The notes beneath the pieces are model-generated. The model worked only from the letters and a program-made list of their open reading frames with translations, was not told the origin of the DNA and did not search any database. The position numbers were made by a program, and so were the translations under genes. From Deinococcales bacterium (GTDB lineage Bacteria > Deinococcota > Deinococci > Deinococcales > JAAFIG01): a stretch of 64,000 nucleotides of DNA. Below, piece after piece: positions 20,245-29,978 of this stretch (position 1 is its first letter; each line of letters begins with the position of its first letter). The stretch covers positions 29,084 through 93,083 of the forward strand of contig JANNVX010000015.1 in assembly GCA_031414595.1 (NCBI GenBank), read 5' to 3'.

Positions 20245-20735
20245 ATAAACCAAATTGCCACACCTAACAAAATCGGAATGCCAATAAATATAAAAGACAA
20301 CATAAAGCCAAGTACGCCAACCCCAAAGGCAATCCAGAAGGTCTCGATAATCCATTTGCAATGTGACTCGAGATATGTGCCTTTTAATTCATCTCGTTTG
20401 ATGTACGCCATGATTAAGCCAGCCACACTGACCACACCAGCCGTCAAAATCGAAGCTCCCATCAGCACATGGGCAATTAGAATAAAAGTGTAATCGCTGT
20501 CTTGAACTGCCCCTGTTGGAAGTACCACAGGAGCTAACCGTGCTGGGATTGGTGCAATTGGCATTTGTGGAGGGGTTGCTAAAACTGTGGCAATTGGTTG
20601 CCAGTCGGTCATGCCTTCGGTCCAAACCAGTGCCTGAGCCGACAATTCGCCGTTACGCCGAAAATTCTCGAGTTGTGAGACTGAATAAGGACCGCGTTGC
20701 GCGTTGCTTTCGTAGACCATAAAAAACTTTTCCAT
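20193..20735 (-). CDS. GYF_2 (DUF4339) plus DUF4870-like membrane protein
   Basis: GPYS...LVWTEGMTDWQP, then three TM segments with SHCKWIIETFW. Confidence 0.75.
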   Translation of the reverse strand: MEKFFMVYESNAQRGPYSVSQLENFRRNGELSAQALVWTEGMTDWQPIATVLATPPQMPIAPIPARLAPVVLPTGAVQDSDYTFILIAHVLMGASILTAGVVSVAGLIMAYIKRDELKGTYLESHCKWIIETFWIAFGVGVLGFMLSFIFIGIPILLGVAIWFIYRVILGAIRISERRAL

Positions 20736-20832
20736 AAGCTACAATACGCGGGTTTTCAGGCAATCGTTCCCGAAATCAACTTGGGTTTTTATAAAATCCT
20801 GTTTTTGACTTAAATAAACATAACCTTTCGCA

Positions 20833-20856
20833 GGGCAAGGCATGCCTTGCCCCTAC
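20833..20856 (-). repeat. GTAG-family REP
   Basis: GTAG followed by the perfect 20-bp palindrome GGGCAAGGCATGCCTTGCCC. Confidence 0.75.
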
Positions 20857-20906
20857 GGTCAATGTTAAACTATTCTTATTGCAGGACATTATTTTTTATC
20901 AAGTCT

Positions 20907-21770
20907 TTAACGCCTTACTCTTGAACGCGGTGTACTTAAAATTTCATTCCAAACAAAACCAGAAACGGCTTCTTTGGTGTCTATAAAACGTTTGCTGTTG
21001 CCTAAAACTGGGCGATTGGTAGGTACAATTTCTTTGCCACGCACTTCTTGAATGCTACGCAGTGCCACCACCGTCGAACCAATTTCGCCAGGTACTGAAG
21101 AAAGCCCTTCTTGCTCGGGACGAAGCCCTCGGGGGCGGTCAAAATGCGGTTGGCGATTGCTGTGACCAAATGAATCTGGTCTCGAGTCGCGCTCGAGTTT
21201 TTCTTGGCTGCTGCTTTCTAAGTAGGTTTCGATGTTAGAAGTGATGGTGGTTTCGATTGGTTTACGGTCTTCTCGTTCCTGCGGGCGCTTCATGCCCATG
21301 GGGGCTGGTGGTGGTGGTTTGCCACGTCCCAATGGCGCTTGTGGGGCAACCTGAGCCGTAGTGCGTCCCATTTTCTGAGCCAATTTGCGCCGTAATTCTT
21401 CTTGAGGATTGGCACTGGCAGTTGTGGTGGTCCCCATGCCAAGTGCCTCGAGAATATCAGCTTGCAAGTCTTTGAGTTCTTGCTGGTTTGGTGGCGGTGG
21501 GGCTGGTCTGGACAGGGTTGCGTCTGGTTGCTCGTTGCGTTTCAAGTAGCCATCATAACTTTGTGTGGCAGGGTCAGCTTCGCGCTGTTCGGTCTCGAGC
21601 ATCGAACCACGCCGACGACGTTCTTCGGCTTCTTCGCCAGCCGCTTGGGATTCGCGCAGACGTTTCCCGGAATTGCCTAGGAAGTTAATTAGGCTCGATA
21701 AAACCACAAAACCAATGATTAAGAACTCGGGGTTTCTAAGAAAAAATTGAACGATAGTTTGAAGGTTCAT
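20907..21770 (-). CDS. Hypothetical membrane-anchored low-complexity protein (YqfB-like position)
   Basis: N-terminal TM; C-terminal GFVWNEILSTPR; third gene of the nfeD-floA operon. Confidence 0.7.
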   Translation of the reverse strand: MNLQTIVQFFLRNPEFLIIGFVVLSSLINFLGNSGKRLRESQAAGEEAEERRRRGSMLETEQREADPATQSYDGYLKRNEQPDATLSRPAPPPPNQQELKDLQADILEALGMGTTTTASANPQEELRRKLAQKMGRTTAQVAPQAPLGRGKPPPPAPMGMKRPQEREDRKPIETTITSNIETYLESSSQEKLERDSRPDSFGHSNRQPHFDRPRGLRPEQEGLSSVPGEIGSTVVALRSIQEVRGKEIVPTNRPVLGNSKRFIDTKEAVSGFVWNEILSTPRSRVRR

Positions 21771-21790
21771 ACTCCCCCTCGAGATTCAAA

Positions 21791-22765
21791 TTACTTACTG
21801 GCATCGCGTTTAGCCGATTCAGAAATTGCGCCACGCATACTGGTGTCGGCTTGTAAATTCTGCATGTTGTAATAATCCATCACACCTAATTTGCCGCTCT
21901 TAAATGCCTCGGCAAGCGCCAAAGGCACTTGGGATTCGGCTTCGACCACTTTGGCACGCATTTCTTGGACTCGAGCCTGCATTTCTTGCTCGACTGCCAC
22001 AGCCATAGCACGGCGTTCTTCGGCTTTGGCTTGGGCGACCCGCTTTTCGGCTTCGGCTTGGTCGGTTTTTAATTGTGCGCCAATGTTTTTGCCGACATCC
22101 ACTTCGGCAATATCAATACTAAGGATTTCAAAAGCAGTACCCGCGTCTAAGCCTTTAGCTAACGTGGTTTTAGAAATAATATCGGGTTGCTCGAGAACTG
22201 CTTTATGGTCTTGCGCTGCACCAATGGCAGCCACAATACCTTCGCCGACACGGGCGATAATCGTTTCTTCGCCAGCCCCACCGACCAACCTGTCAATTTT
22301 AACCCGCACGGTAATACGGGCTGTGGCAAGTAGTTGAATACCATCTTGTGCCATACCTGTGACCATTGGGGTTTGAATCACTTTTGGATTAACCGAGACC
22401 CGCACAGCATCCAGCACATCGCGCCCAGCAAGGTCAATGGCGGTGGCTTGCTCGAAGGTCAATGGAATTCTGGCTTTATCGGCGGCAATTAAGGCATCTA
22501 CGACCTTATCTATGTTACCACCCGCCAAGAAGTGCGCCTCGAGATTATTTTGAATCACATCTTTAAGTCCTGCCTTACGAGCTTTAATTAGAGGGTAAAT
22601 AATTCGAGCAGGAGAAACACGCCGTAAACGCATCCCAATTAAACTTGGTAAGCCGACATTGACACCGCTTGCCAAAGCCGAAATCCACAAACCAGTCGGG
22701 ATGACACTAAATAAAATCCAGAACGCCACGATGACCAAGACACCAATAAAAATAAATGCTTCCAT
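21791..22765 (-). CDS. floA: Flotillin-like protein FloA (YqfA)
   Basis: [41 protein letters not shown]. Confidence 0.93.
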   Translation of the reverse strand: MEAFIFIGVLVIVAFWILFSVIPTGLWISALASGVNVGLPSLIGMRLRRVSPARIIYPLIKARKAGLKDVIQNNLEAHFLAGGNIDKVVDALIAADKARIPLTFEQATAIDLAGRDVLDAVRVSVNPKVIQTPMVTGMAQDGIQLLATARITVRVKIDRLVGGAGEETIIARVGEGIVAAIGAAQDHKAVLEQPDIISKTTLAKGLDAGTAFEILSIDIAEVDVGKNIGAQLKTDQAEAEKRVAQAKAEERRAMAVAVEQEMQARVQEMRAKVVEAESQVPLALAEAFKSGKLGVMDYYNMQNLQADTSMRGAISESAKRDASK

Positions 22766-22810
22766 GTAAATCCTCCTAAAGACACCACTAGACTACTCGA
22801 GAAATACCAT

Positions 22811-22861
22811 TAAGTCTTGGCTTTGACCACAATTGCCTAAGTCTTGGTCTTGACCACAATT
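22811..22861. repeat. 27-bp-period tandem duplication of the nfeD 3' end
   Basis: TAAGTCTTGG(CT/TC)TTGACCACAATT at 22811 and 22838. Confidence 0.85.
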
Positions 22862-24147
22862 CGCCTTCCCTCAACTCGAGTTACCTCAAGCATCGTACCA
22901 GATTTAATAAACTCACCATCGGCAACCACATCCATGCGTTCACCTTCGATACTGGCAATACCACTTGGACGTAAGTCTGAAAGGGCTGTGCCGAACCTGC
23001 CCTCGAGTTTAGAAGCCAGTTGATTGGGCATGATGGCGGCTGCGCCAGTGGTTGCCATGGTGGTGTTCAAAAAAATTGAGCGATTCAAAATCGTACTGCT
23101 TGGTAATTTCCACAAGGCAAGCCCGATACAAATACCCGCCACGATGGTGGCTGTGCCGGACACAACTGCAAAATTCTGACCAAATTGCAAGTAAATACTG
23201 GCGACAATACTGCCTAAACCAAGCAATCCAACCACGGTTGCTCCAGGGACAATTAAAAGCTCTGCCATAATCAGTAGAATCCCTGCAATAAATAAAATAA
23301 ACGCCACGGTACTGCCACTGCCGGTTAATAACCCACCCATAAAGTACGCCACCAATGCCAAAACGCCGATGATACCCGGTGCAGCTAAACCGGGATGAAA
23401 CAATTCAATTAAGATGCCAATAATTCCAATGGCGAGTAAAATTCCAGCCACAAACGGATTGGTCAGGGTTGCCCCGATTTGCTCAGATGGAGAAAGCACA
23501 TACTTCTCGAGCCGAAGATTAGCAAACCCAGCTTGACGCACGGCATCTTCAACACTTAAAGCGGTGAAATCCGCGATATTATTTTTGACTGCTTCGGGCG
23601 CGGTCAGGGTCAAAATCTCCCCTTTTTCTTTAAGCCCCGGAATGACCTTATTGGGATTGACCATCCCCTCGGCAGCATCTTTATTGCGACCCCTAGTCTC
23701 GGCAACACTGCGAAACTTTCCACGCACTGCACTGTTGATTTTTTCGCCCACTACGCCCTCGAGTGCCTGACCCGCCCCAGTGATTGGCAGTGCCGCCCCG
23801 ATTTCTGAAGCCGGCAGCATGGCGAGTTGCTCGGCACTCATGGCAATTAGCGCTCCAGCACTAAAAGCATTTCTAACCACCGCTAGGGTCGGCACTTTAC
23901 TCGAGACAATCGCATCCGACATTGCTATAGCCGCATCTACCCGACCACCGGGGGTTTGAATTTCAATCACGATTAACGGACGCTGTTCAAGATTGGCTTG
24001 ATCAATTTGCTTTTTGAGGAGTTCGGCACTGGCGGGTTGAATCTCACCTTCGACTTTAAGAATCACCCCAAGTTTATCGTTTTTAGCGGGTTGCGCCAAA
24101 GCAAACGTACCAAACAACAGCAGAAAGGAAAAAGTAAAACGTTTCAT
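22837..24147 (-). CDS. nfeD: Long-form NfeD (ClpP-like domain, TM domain, OB fold)
   Basis: TPGG, AFSAGALI, IGAALP, LRPSG; lies upstream of floA. Confidence 0.9.
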   Translation of the reverse strand: MKRFTFSFLLLFGTFALAQPAKNDKLGVILKVEGEIQPASAELLKKQIDQANLEQRPLIVIEIQTPGGRVDAAIAMSDAIVSSKVPTLAVVRNAFSAGALIAMSAEQLAMLPASEIGAALPITGAGQALEGVVGEKINSAVRGKFRSVAETRGRNKDAAEGMVNPNKVIPGLKEKGEILTLTAPEAVKNNIADFTALSVEDAVRQAGFANLRLEKYVLSPSEQIGATLTNPFVAGILLAIGIIGILIELFHPGLAAPGIIGVLALVAYFMGGLLTGSGSTVAFILFIAGILLIMAELLIVPGATVVGLLGLGSIVASIYLQFGQNFAVVSGTATIVAGICIGLALWKLPSSTILNRSIFLNTTMATTGAAAIMPNQLASKLEGRFGTALSDLRPSGIASIEGERMDVVADGEFIKSGTMLEVTRVEGRRIVVKTKT

Positions 24148-24191
24148 ACCGATAGTGTACGCGGTTTTAGGGCAAAAGGTTTCAGGATAAA

Positions 24192-25430
24192 TTACAACTC
24201 GAGAACACTCAGCACTTCAACATGATTGGTCTGCGGATAAAAATCATACGGCTGTACCAAGGTGAGCTTATACCCACCTCGAGCCAGCTTCGCCACATCC
24301 CGCGCCCATGTCGCTGGGTCGCACGATACATACACCAAACGCGGCGCTCGAGCCAGCAGCAAAGCAGTTAGTACATCCTTTTCCAAACCAGCCCTTGGTG
24401 GGTCAAGCACAATACAATCGGCAAAAACACCCTCGAGCCGCGAAGCATCCCCACGAGTAAAACCAATGTTATCCACCTCGAGTCTCGCAGCATCGGCTTG
24501 CCCTCGTGCCACGGCTTCTGGGTTAATTTCAATCACGCGGACATTGACAAAATTCTTCGCCAGATGCAAACCCATTGTGCCACTGCCGCCGTATAAATCA
24601 ATCGCTAAGCCACCCGTTCCAGCCAGACGCGCTGCCTCGAGATACATTTGGGAAGCCGCCACAGGATTGACTTGGGCAAAACTCGAGGCGGTCACCGAAA
24701 CCGCGTAATCGCCGTACTGCTCGAGAATGGATTCGAGTCCCCAAAGATGTTCCGTACCCGCCCGAAAGCGCCCCTCGAGCGAAGCAAAAGCATAACTAAT
24801 TCCAGCCACGCCCAGTTCTTTTAAGTGATACACAGCTTTTTTGAAGCGGTGCGGTTCTTCTTTGGCGATTAAACAGACCAAGACTTCACCCGTTAAAAAA
24901 CTGCCGCGAAAAGCAATTTCTAGGGTTGGCTCGAGACTGGCAGCTTTAATGCTGCTTAGACCATCGGCAACCCCGTGCATTAAAAGTGGATCGTCGTATA
25001 GCATCCAAATTCGGTGCGACAATGGAATTCGGTAGCCGAGTCCAACAGGAGAAAGCGCGTACTGCGCCCCAGAGCGATACCGCCACTCGAGCGAACTTGG
25101 TTTGGTCGGCAGCACAGTTACATCCTCGAGCTTCGCAATACGCTGCAATGCCTCGAGGATAAAACCACGCTTAAACTCGAGTTGTGCCTCATAACTGGCA
25201 TGAGCCAAATCTGCGGTTGGCGGCGTACCACGTGGCGGTTGGACTCGGGTGATGGATGGTTCAATCACCCGCACCAGCGTCCCCTCGAGCGCCCCACGTT
25301 TTTTCTTCAGTTCCACTTCCACCAGTTCGGTTGGCAATGCCCCAGCCACCAGCACCACGCCGCTTTCGGTACGCGCCAAGCCAAGACCACCAGAAACCAA
25401 TTTTTCGATACGCACTCGAGCAGTTGTCAT
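24192..25430 (-). CDS. TrmA/RlmD family RNA m5U methyltransferase
   Basis: TRAM-like N-terminus; SFAQVN, DLYGGSG, LDPPRAG, YVSCDPAT, FYPQTNHVE. Confidence 0.9.
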   Translation of the reverse strand: MTTARVRIEKLVSGGLGLARTESGVVLVAGALPTELVEVELKKKRGALEGTLVRVIEPSITRVQPPRGTPPTADLAHASYEAQLEFKRGFILEALQRIAKLEDVTVLPTKPSSLEWRYRSGAQYALSPVGLGYRIPLSHRIWMLYDDPLLMHGVADGLSSIKAASLEPTLEIAFRGSFLTGEVLVCLIAKEEPHRFKKAVYHLKELGVAGISYAFASLEGRFRAGTEHLWGLESILEQYGDYAVSVTASSFAQVNPVAASQMYLEAARLAGTGGLAIDLYGGSGTMGLHLAKNFVNVRVIEINPEAVARGQADAARLEVDNIGFTRGDASRLEGVFADCIVLDPPRAGLEKDVLTALLLARAPRLVYVSCDPATWARDVAKLARGGYKLTLVQPYDFYPQTNHVEVLSVLEL

Positions 25431-25456
25431 TGGCGCTAGTCTACCCTGTGATGTGG

Positions 25457-25789
25457 TTATTTCTCGAGACAAGTATCAAGTACGGTGATGGTCTCTAGGT
25501 TTGTACCCTTAAATAAAGTGGCTTCTTTACCCTTGTTCCACCAAGTATAGCCACTGCCAACATACCGCGCCCCAGAAGCCGAAATTTGGGTTTGCATTTT
25601 TAGCTTTACGCCATTCACAATGACTGTGGCAAAAGAACCCTGAAAGTTATTTAAGTAAATCGCTTGGACTCGAGTCCCTTTTTCGCATTTGTACGCCACT
25701 TTGAAGGGTGCATCAGAATCCGAATTGCCAGCCCCAGCTAAAGCGACACCAAAAAGGGATAGAACCAAACCAAAAAGGAATTTTTGCAT
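25457..25789 (-). CDS. mliC: MliC/PliC family lysozyme inhibitor
   Basis: Signal peptide; Y.C...SASGARY...WWNKG.EA...C. Confidence 0.85.
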   Translation of the reverse strand: MQKFLFGLVLSLFGVALAGAGNSDSDAPFKVAYKCEKGTRVQAIYLNNFQGSFATVIVNGVKLKMQTQISASGARYVGSGYTWWNKGKEATLFKGTNLETITVLDTCLEK

Positions 25790-25896
25790 AGACATTAGCA
25801 TAGCCACGCAAATTAGAATTAGGCTCGAGAAGGCTGTACAATGGGTATCCGAGAGGTCTTAATTTTAGAAATATTTCGTCGAATTACATGAATAGC

Positions 25897-25975
25897 AGGG
25901 CGAACACGGGGGTTCGCCCCTACCTGACGTGTTTTTACGCCGTAATTGTAGGGACAGACCCCTGTGTCTGTCCTG
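25897..25975. repeat. Back-to-back GTAG REP doublet
   Basis: GTAGGGGCGAACCCCCGTGTTCGCCCTG (minus, 25897-25923) and GTAGGGACAGACCCCTGTGTCTGTCCTG (plus, 25948-25975), with compensatory stem changes. Confidence 0.8.
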
Positions 25976-26027
25976 TTTTAACGATGATGTTGCATTCTTT
26001 CAGAGGCTCTGGCTGTACAATACGCCC

Positions 26028-27293
26028 ATGCTAACCGCGTTACAACTTGGGAATTTTAAGTCATGGCGTGAAGTCAATGTGCCACTAGCCCCAATCACAG
26101 GTTTTTTTGGCACAAACAGCAGTGGAAAAAGCAGCCTCCTGCAAGCGCTTTTGCTGATGAAGCAAACAGTAGAAAGTTCAGACCAAGGGCAGGTTCTCGA
26201 GTTTGGAGATGACAACAGTTTAGTACAATTGAGTTCGTACAAAGAACTTATTTGGAATCATGATTCAAATAATGCTTTGATTTTAGGATTTATGCGAGAC
26301 TTCAAAAACAGTAATCTTGAAATACTCTCAAAATCGTATTTGCCAATAAAATCTCTAGAGTTTGAGTGCAGAATTGTAGAGACTCGAGACACCATCAAAG
26401 TGGATTTTTTTCGATTTACTCCTGGAAATTCCAATCTGCCAATAAGTTCTGAATTTAGGCAAATTCGCAAATTTTATAAAATCGTTCATACAACTCAACA
26501 GGTACCAGGCGACTCTTTCTTCGGTTCTGGGAGTCTTGAAGTTGCTTTAGAAGAAGTTTTTCTTCAAATGTATTACTTAGGTCCACTTAGAGATTCTCCC
26601 AAACGATTTTACTCTTGGTCGGGCGCTGCCCCTTCAAATGTCGGTAAATCTGGCGAAAATACCATTGCTGCACTGCTTGCGGCTCGAGTTGGTGGCAATA
26701 AAGTCGGTGACACCCCACTCGAGAATTATATAGCCGAAAAACTAAAACAATTGGGTTTAATAGATTCTTTTCGGCTCGAGGAACTGCGCGAAGGCACAAA
26801 CATTTTTCGTGTGCTGGTGCGCCGTACTCCTGAATCCCCCGAAGTTTCCCTGACCGATGTTGGCTTTGGTGTTTCCCAAGTGCTGCCTGTGCTGGTGCTG
26901 TGCTATTACGTCCCCGAAGGTTCTACCATTCTGCTCGAGCAACCCGAATTGCACCTGCATCCCAGTGTTCAATCTGGTTTAGCCGATATTTTTATTGATG
27001 CTTATAAAACCCGTGGAGTACAAATTATTCTCGAGAGTCATTCGGAGCATTTATTACAGCGTTTGCAAAGGCGAATTGCCGAGGAGTTTGAAGGAATTAC
27101 CAACACAGACATTAGTGTTTACTTTTGTCGTCTCGAGCATGGCGAATCGAAACTCGAGTCGCTGGAACTCGATGAGTACGGCAATATCCATAATTACCCA
27201 GAAGAATTCTTTGGAGACCGTTTTGCAGAAATGGTCGCCGTGACAGAAGCAGGAATTGCAAGACGAGAAAAGAAGGTTCTCGAGCCTGTATGA
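26028..27293 (+). CDS. ABC/AAA_21-type ATPase with a DUF3696-like C-terminus
   Basis: GTNSSGKSS, DVGFGVSQVLP, LLEQPELHLHP, ESHSEH. The ATG at 26028 is 6 nt after TACAAT. Confidence 0.85.
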   Translation: MLTALQLGNFKSWREVNVPLAPITGFFGTNSSGKSSLLQALLLMKQTVESSDQGQVLEFGDDNSLVQLSSYKELIWNHDSNNALILGFMRDFKNSNLEILSKSYLPIKSLEFECRIVETRDTIKVDFFRFTPGNSNLPISSEFRQIRKFYKIVHTTQQVPGDSFFGSGSLEVALEEVFLQMYYLGPLRDSPKRFYSWSGAAPSNVGKSGENTIAALLAARVGGNKVGDTPLENYIAEKLKQLGLIDSFRLEELREGTNIFRVLVRRTPESPEVSLTDVGFGVSQVLPVLVLCYYVPEGSTILLEQPELHLHPSVQSGLADIFIDAYKTRGVQIILESHSEHLLQRLQRRIAEEFEGITNTDISVYFCRLEHGESKLESLELDEYGNIHNYPEEFFGDRFAEMVAVTEAGIARREKKVLEPV

Positions 27294-27781
27294 GTGCTTT
27301 TGTGATTGATGAAAATGTGCTTGTGAATGCCATGAAGGAAGCGCCCGACGAGAATACAACTGACGTATGTATCCGACAATGTGCCAAGACTTTATTGGAT
27401 GTCAGAAAAGGCATTGTTATTTTGGATGACACAAACATCATTTACCGAAAATACCGTAGCCATTTTAGAGAAACACCGACAAGAAAAACACCTGAATTCT
27501 TGGTTTGGTTGCTCAGTGTCCAACATATGCCCAAGTATTGCGAACGGGTTAAATTCACGCCTCTCGCGCCTAGTTTTCTCCAAGTCCCGCTTGAATTGCG
27601 AATCCCAGACGCAGAAAACAAGGTCTTTGATTTAGATGACCACATTTGGTTGGCGGTAGCCAAAGCCAGTAAAAATAGCCCGACCATTCTGAACGCCACC
27701 GATAGCGATTGGAAAAACTGGGAACAACAACTGCTAAAACACGGTTTTGATGTTCGCTGTATTTGCCAATTAAAAATCTAA
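27290..27781 (+). CDS. Putative PIN-fold protein coupled to the ATPase
   Basis: VIDENV, DLDDHIWLAVA and ATDSDW acidic pattern; ATGA overlap with the ATPase gene. Confidence 0.6.
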   Translation: MSAFVIDENVLVNAMKEAPDENTTDVCIRQCAKTLLDVRKGIVILDDTNIIYRKYRSHFRETPTRKTPEFLVWLLSVQHMPKYCERVKFTPLAPSFLQVPLELRIPDAENKVFDLDDHIWLAVAKASKNSPTILNATDSDWKNWEQQLLKHGFDVRCICQLKI

Positions 27782-27821
27782 ACTTTTGTCTCGAGTAGCA
27801 AAACCATGATACGTTTTACCG

Positions 27822-28457
27822 ATGACCATGACCACAACAGCCATTAAACCCGCTTTTATTATTGGTGTTGCCGGTGGTACTGGAAGCGGTAAAACCACTG
27901 TTACCGAAAGGGTTCTCGAGGTTGCTGGGGTGGGTAGCGTGGCAATTCTAGCCCAAGATAGTTATTACCGTGACCAAAAAGACTTACCGCGTGACCAGCG
28001 CCGAGAAATAAATTATGACCATCCAGATGCTTTTGATTGGGCGCTGATGCTCGAGCAACTGCGGCGCTTACGAGATGGTGAACCGATTTATAGCCCCATT
28101 TATGATTTTACCCACGACACCAGAGCCAGTAACACAATTGCAATTCTGCCTGCGCCAATTATTGTGGTTGAAGGAATTCTGGCACTTTACGATCCTGAAC
28201 TGCGAAACTTGTTTGATTTAAAAATCTTTGTGGATGCCGACCCCGATGTGCGTTTTATTCGTCGGCTGGAGCGTGATGTGCGTGAACGCGGACGCACCCC
28301 AGAGAGCGTGATTCATCAGTACCTCGAACTTGTCCGTCCAAGCCATTTGCAATTTATTGAACCGACCAAACGTTACGCCGATGTGATTATCCCGCATGGT
28401 GGGATGAACCAGCCAGCCCTCGAGATGTTAGGGGCGCGAATCAATGCGGTCTTGTAG
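27822..28457 (+). CDS. udk: Uridine kinase
   Basis: IIGVAGGTGSGKTT, NYDHPDAFD, RRLERDVRERGR, FIEPTKRYAD. Confidence 0.95.
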   Translation: MTMTTTAIKPAFIIGVAGGTGSGKTTVTERVLEVAGVGSVAILAQDSYYRDQKDLPRDQRREINYDHPDAFDWALMLEQLRRLRDGEPIYSPIYDFTHDTRASNTIAILPAPIIVVEGILALYDPELRNLFDLKIFVDADPDVRFIRRLERDVRERGRTPESVIHQYLELVRPSHLQFIEPTKRYADVIIPHGGMNQPALEMLGARINAVL

Positions 28458-29924
28458 CGCCGCTTGCGCTTCGGCGTTCTCGTCCCACGGGAGAATCTGT
28501 GTGCCGCGTTCAATGGTTCGTTCGTGTCCTTTGCCAGCCAGCAGCACCGTGTCGCCGTCTCGAGCCATCCGAATGGCGCTTTGAATAGCAGTGCGGCGGT
28601 CCGGGATGATTTCGTAACTTGTTCCCCCAGCCCCCAGAAAGGCGGTTTTGATCGTCTCGAGAATGGCGCTGGTGTCTTCGGTGCGGCTGTCCTCTTCGGT
28701 AAAAATGGCATGGTCAACGGTTCTGGCTGCCACACTACCAATTCCAGTTCGCCGATTTGGGTCGCGTTGCCCGGCTGCGCCAATCACCAAAATCAGCCTA
28801 CCTTTTGTGGTCTGTCTTAACGTTGTGGCGGCGACCTCGAGACTTGCGCCAGTATGAGCAAAGTCGTTAATCACCCGAAAAGGTTCGGCTTGTAGAATCT
28901 GCATTCGCCCGGGGACTCCCGCAAACGTCCTAAAACCCTGCTCGAGTTGCTGTTGACTTAATCCAAGATGCTGCCCAATGGCGTAAGCGGCGGCGGCATT
29001 GCTGGTGTTAAATGCACCAATCATCGGTAAGAAAAGCGGGTATTCTTCAAAACCATTTTTTAAGACAAATTCTATCCCATGGGCAGTCTCGAGGAGGTTG
29101 ATTGGCTGCCAATTAAATTCCGAGCCAAACGAATCAATCTCGGGGTACTCGAGTGTTGCTTGTTGTTTGAACCGCTCAAATTGTGTCCAGAAACGTGGCA
29201 AGAAATCATGTTCTACAACGGCGAATCGGCTTCGGGCGGGCAGTTTGGCTTTAGCCGCAAAATAGCCGCTTTCCGAACCATGAAAATCAATATGGTCGTC
29301 GGGGTAGAAATTGATAAACGCCCCAACTTCAAATTTAATCCCAGTTACCCGCTCGAGTTCAAGCGCATGAGATGAAATTTCCATCACCACATGGGTGCAG
29401 CCAGCCGTTAAAAATCGGTGCAGCAATTCGTAAACTTGGGGCGATTCTGGGGTGGTGAAATGCCCTGGTAGGTGTTCTTCACGTCCTGCAAAACGCACTG
29501 CTACGGTACTCATCTGGGCAGCCTTCAAGCCAGCGCTCTCGAGCAGATGATAAACCAGTGCAACCGTGGTGCTTTTACCTTTAGAACCTGTAATTCCAAT
29601 AATTTTGAGCTGCTTATCTGGGCGACCCCAAATTTCTTTTGCCAATAATGCACAGGTTTCCCTAGGATTCGGCACTTGAAGGTACGGCACATTTAACTCG
29701 AGTGGTTTAGACCCAATCACCGCGACTGCGCCATTCTCGAGGGCTTTGGGAATAAAATCATGTCCATCAAGTGGTTCGCGCCCAGCCAAAGGAATGCCAG
29801 ATGCAGCCACAAACACAAAATCGGGTTTAACCAGTCTCGAGTCAAGTGCCACGCCAGTTATTTTTGGGTTGCTCGAGAAGCTATGTTTTAGGTGGACTCG
29901 AGTCAGGAGGTCTGCGAGGTTCAT
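28428..29924 (-). CDS. murE: MurE family UDP-MurNAc-tripeptide ligase
   Basis: DGHDFI, GITGSKGKST, TTPES, MEISSH, VPGRM, DFAHT, AGKGHE. Confidence 0.92.
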   Translation of the reverse strand: MNLADLLTRVHLKHSFSSNPKITGVALDSRLVKPDFVFVAASGIPLAGREPLDGHDFIPKALENGAVAVIGSKPLELNVPYLQVPNPRETCALLAKEIWGRPDKQLKIIGITGSKGKSTTVALVYHLLESAGLKAAQMSTVAVRFAGREEHLPGHFTTPESPQVYELLHRFLTAGCTHVVMEISSHALELERVTGIKFEVGAFINFYPDDHIDFHGSESGYFAAKAKLPARSRFAVVEHDFLPRFWTQFERFKQQATLEYPEIDSFGSEFNWQPINLLETAHGIEFVLKNGFEEYPLFLPMIGAFNTSNAAAAYAIGQHLGLSQQQLEQGFRTFAGVPGRMQILQAEPFRVINDFAHTGASLEVAATTLRQTTKGRLILVIGAAGQRDPNRRTGIGSVAARTVDHAIFTEEDSRTEDTSAILETIKTAFLGAGGTSYEIIPDRRTAIQSAIRMARDGDTVLLAGKGHERTIERGTQILPWDENAEAQAALQDRIDSRP

Positions 29925-29978
29925 GCGCTACGATAACTGATTCCTCGAGCCGAGGTGATTTTTTATATACTGCTTGAT

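Noticed and set aside
25929-26027. N-terminal extension of the ATPase ORF
   Set aside because: It runs through a REP element; the -10 box supports the ATG at 26028.
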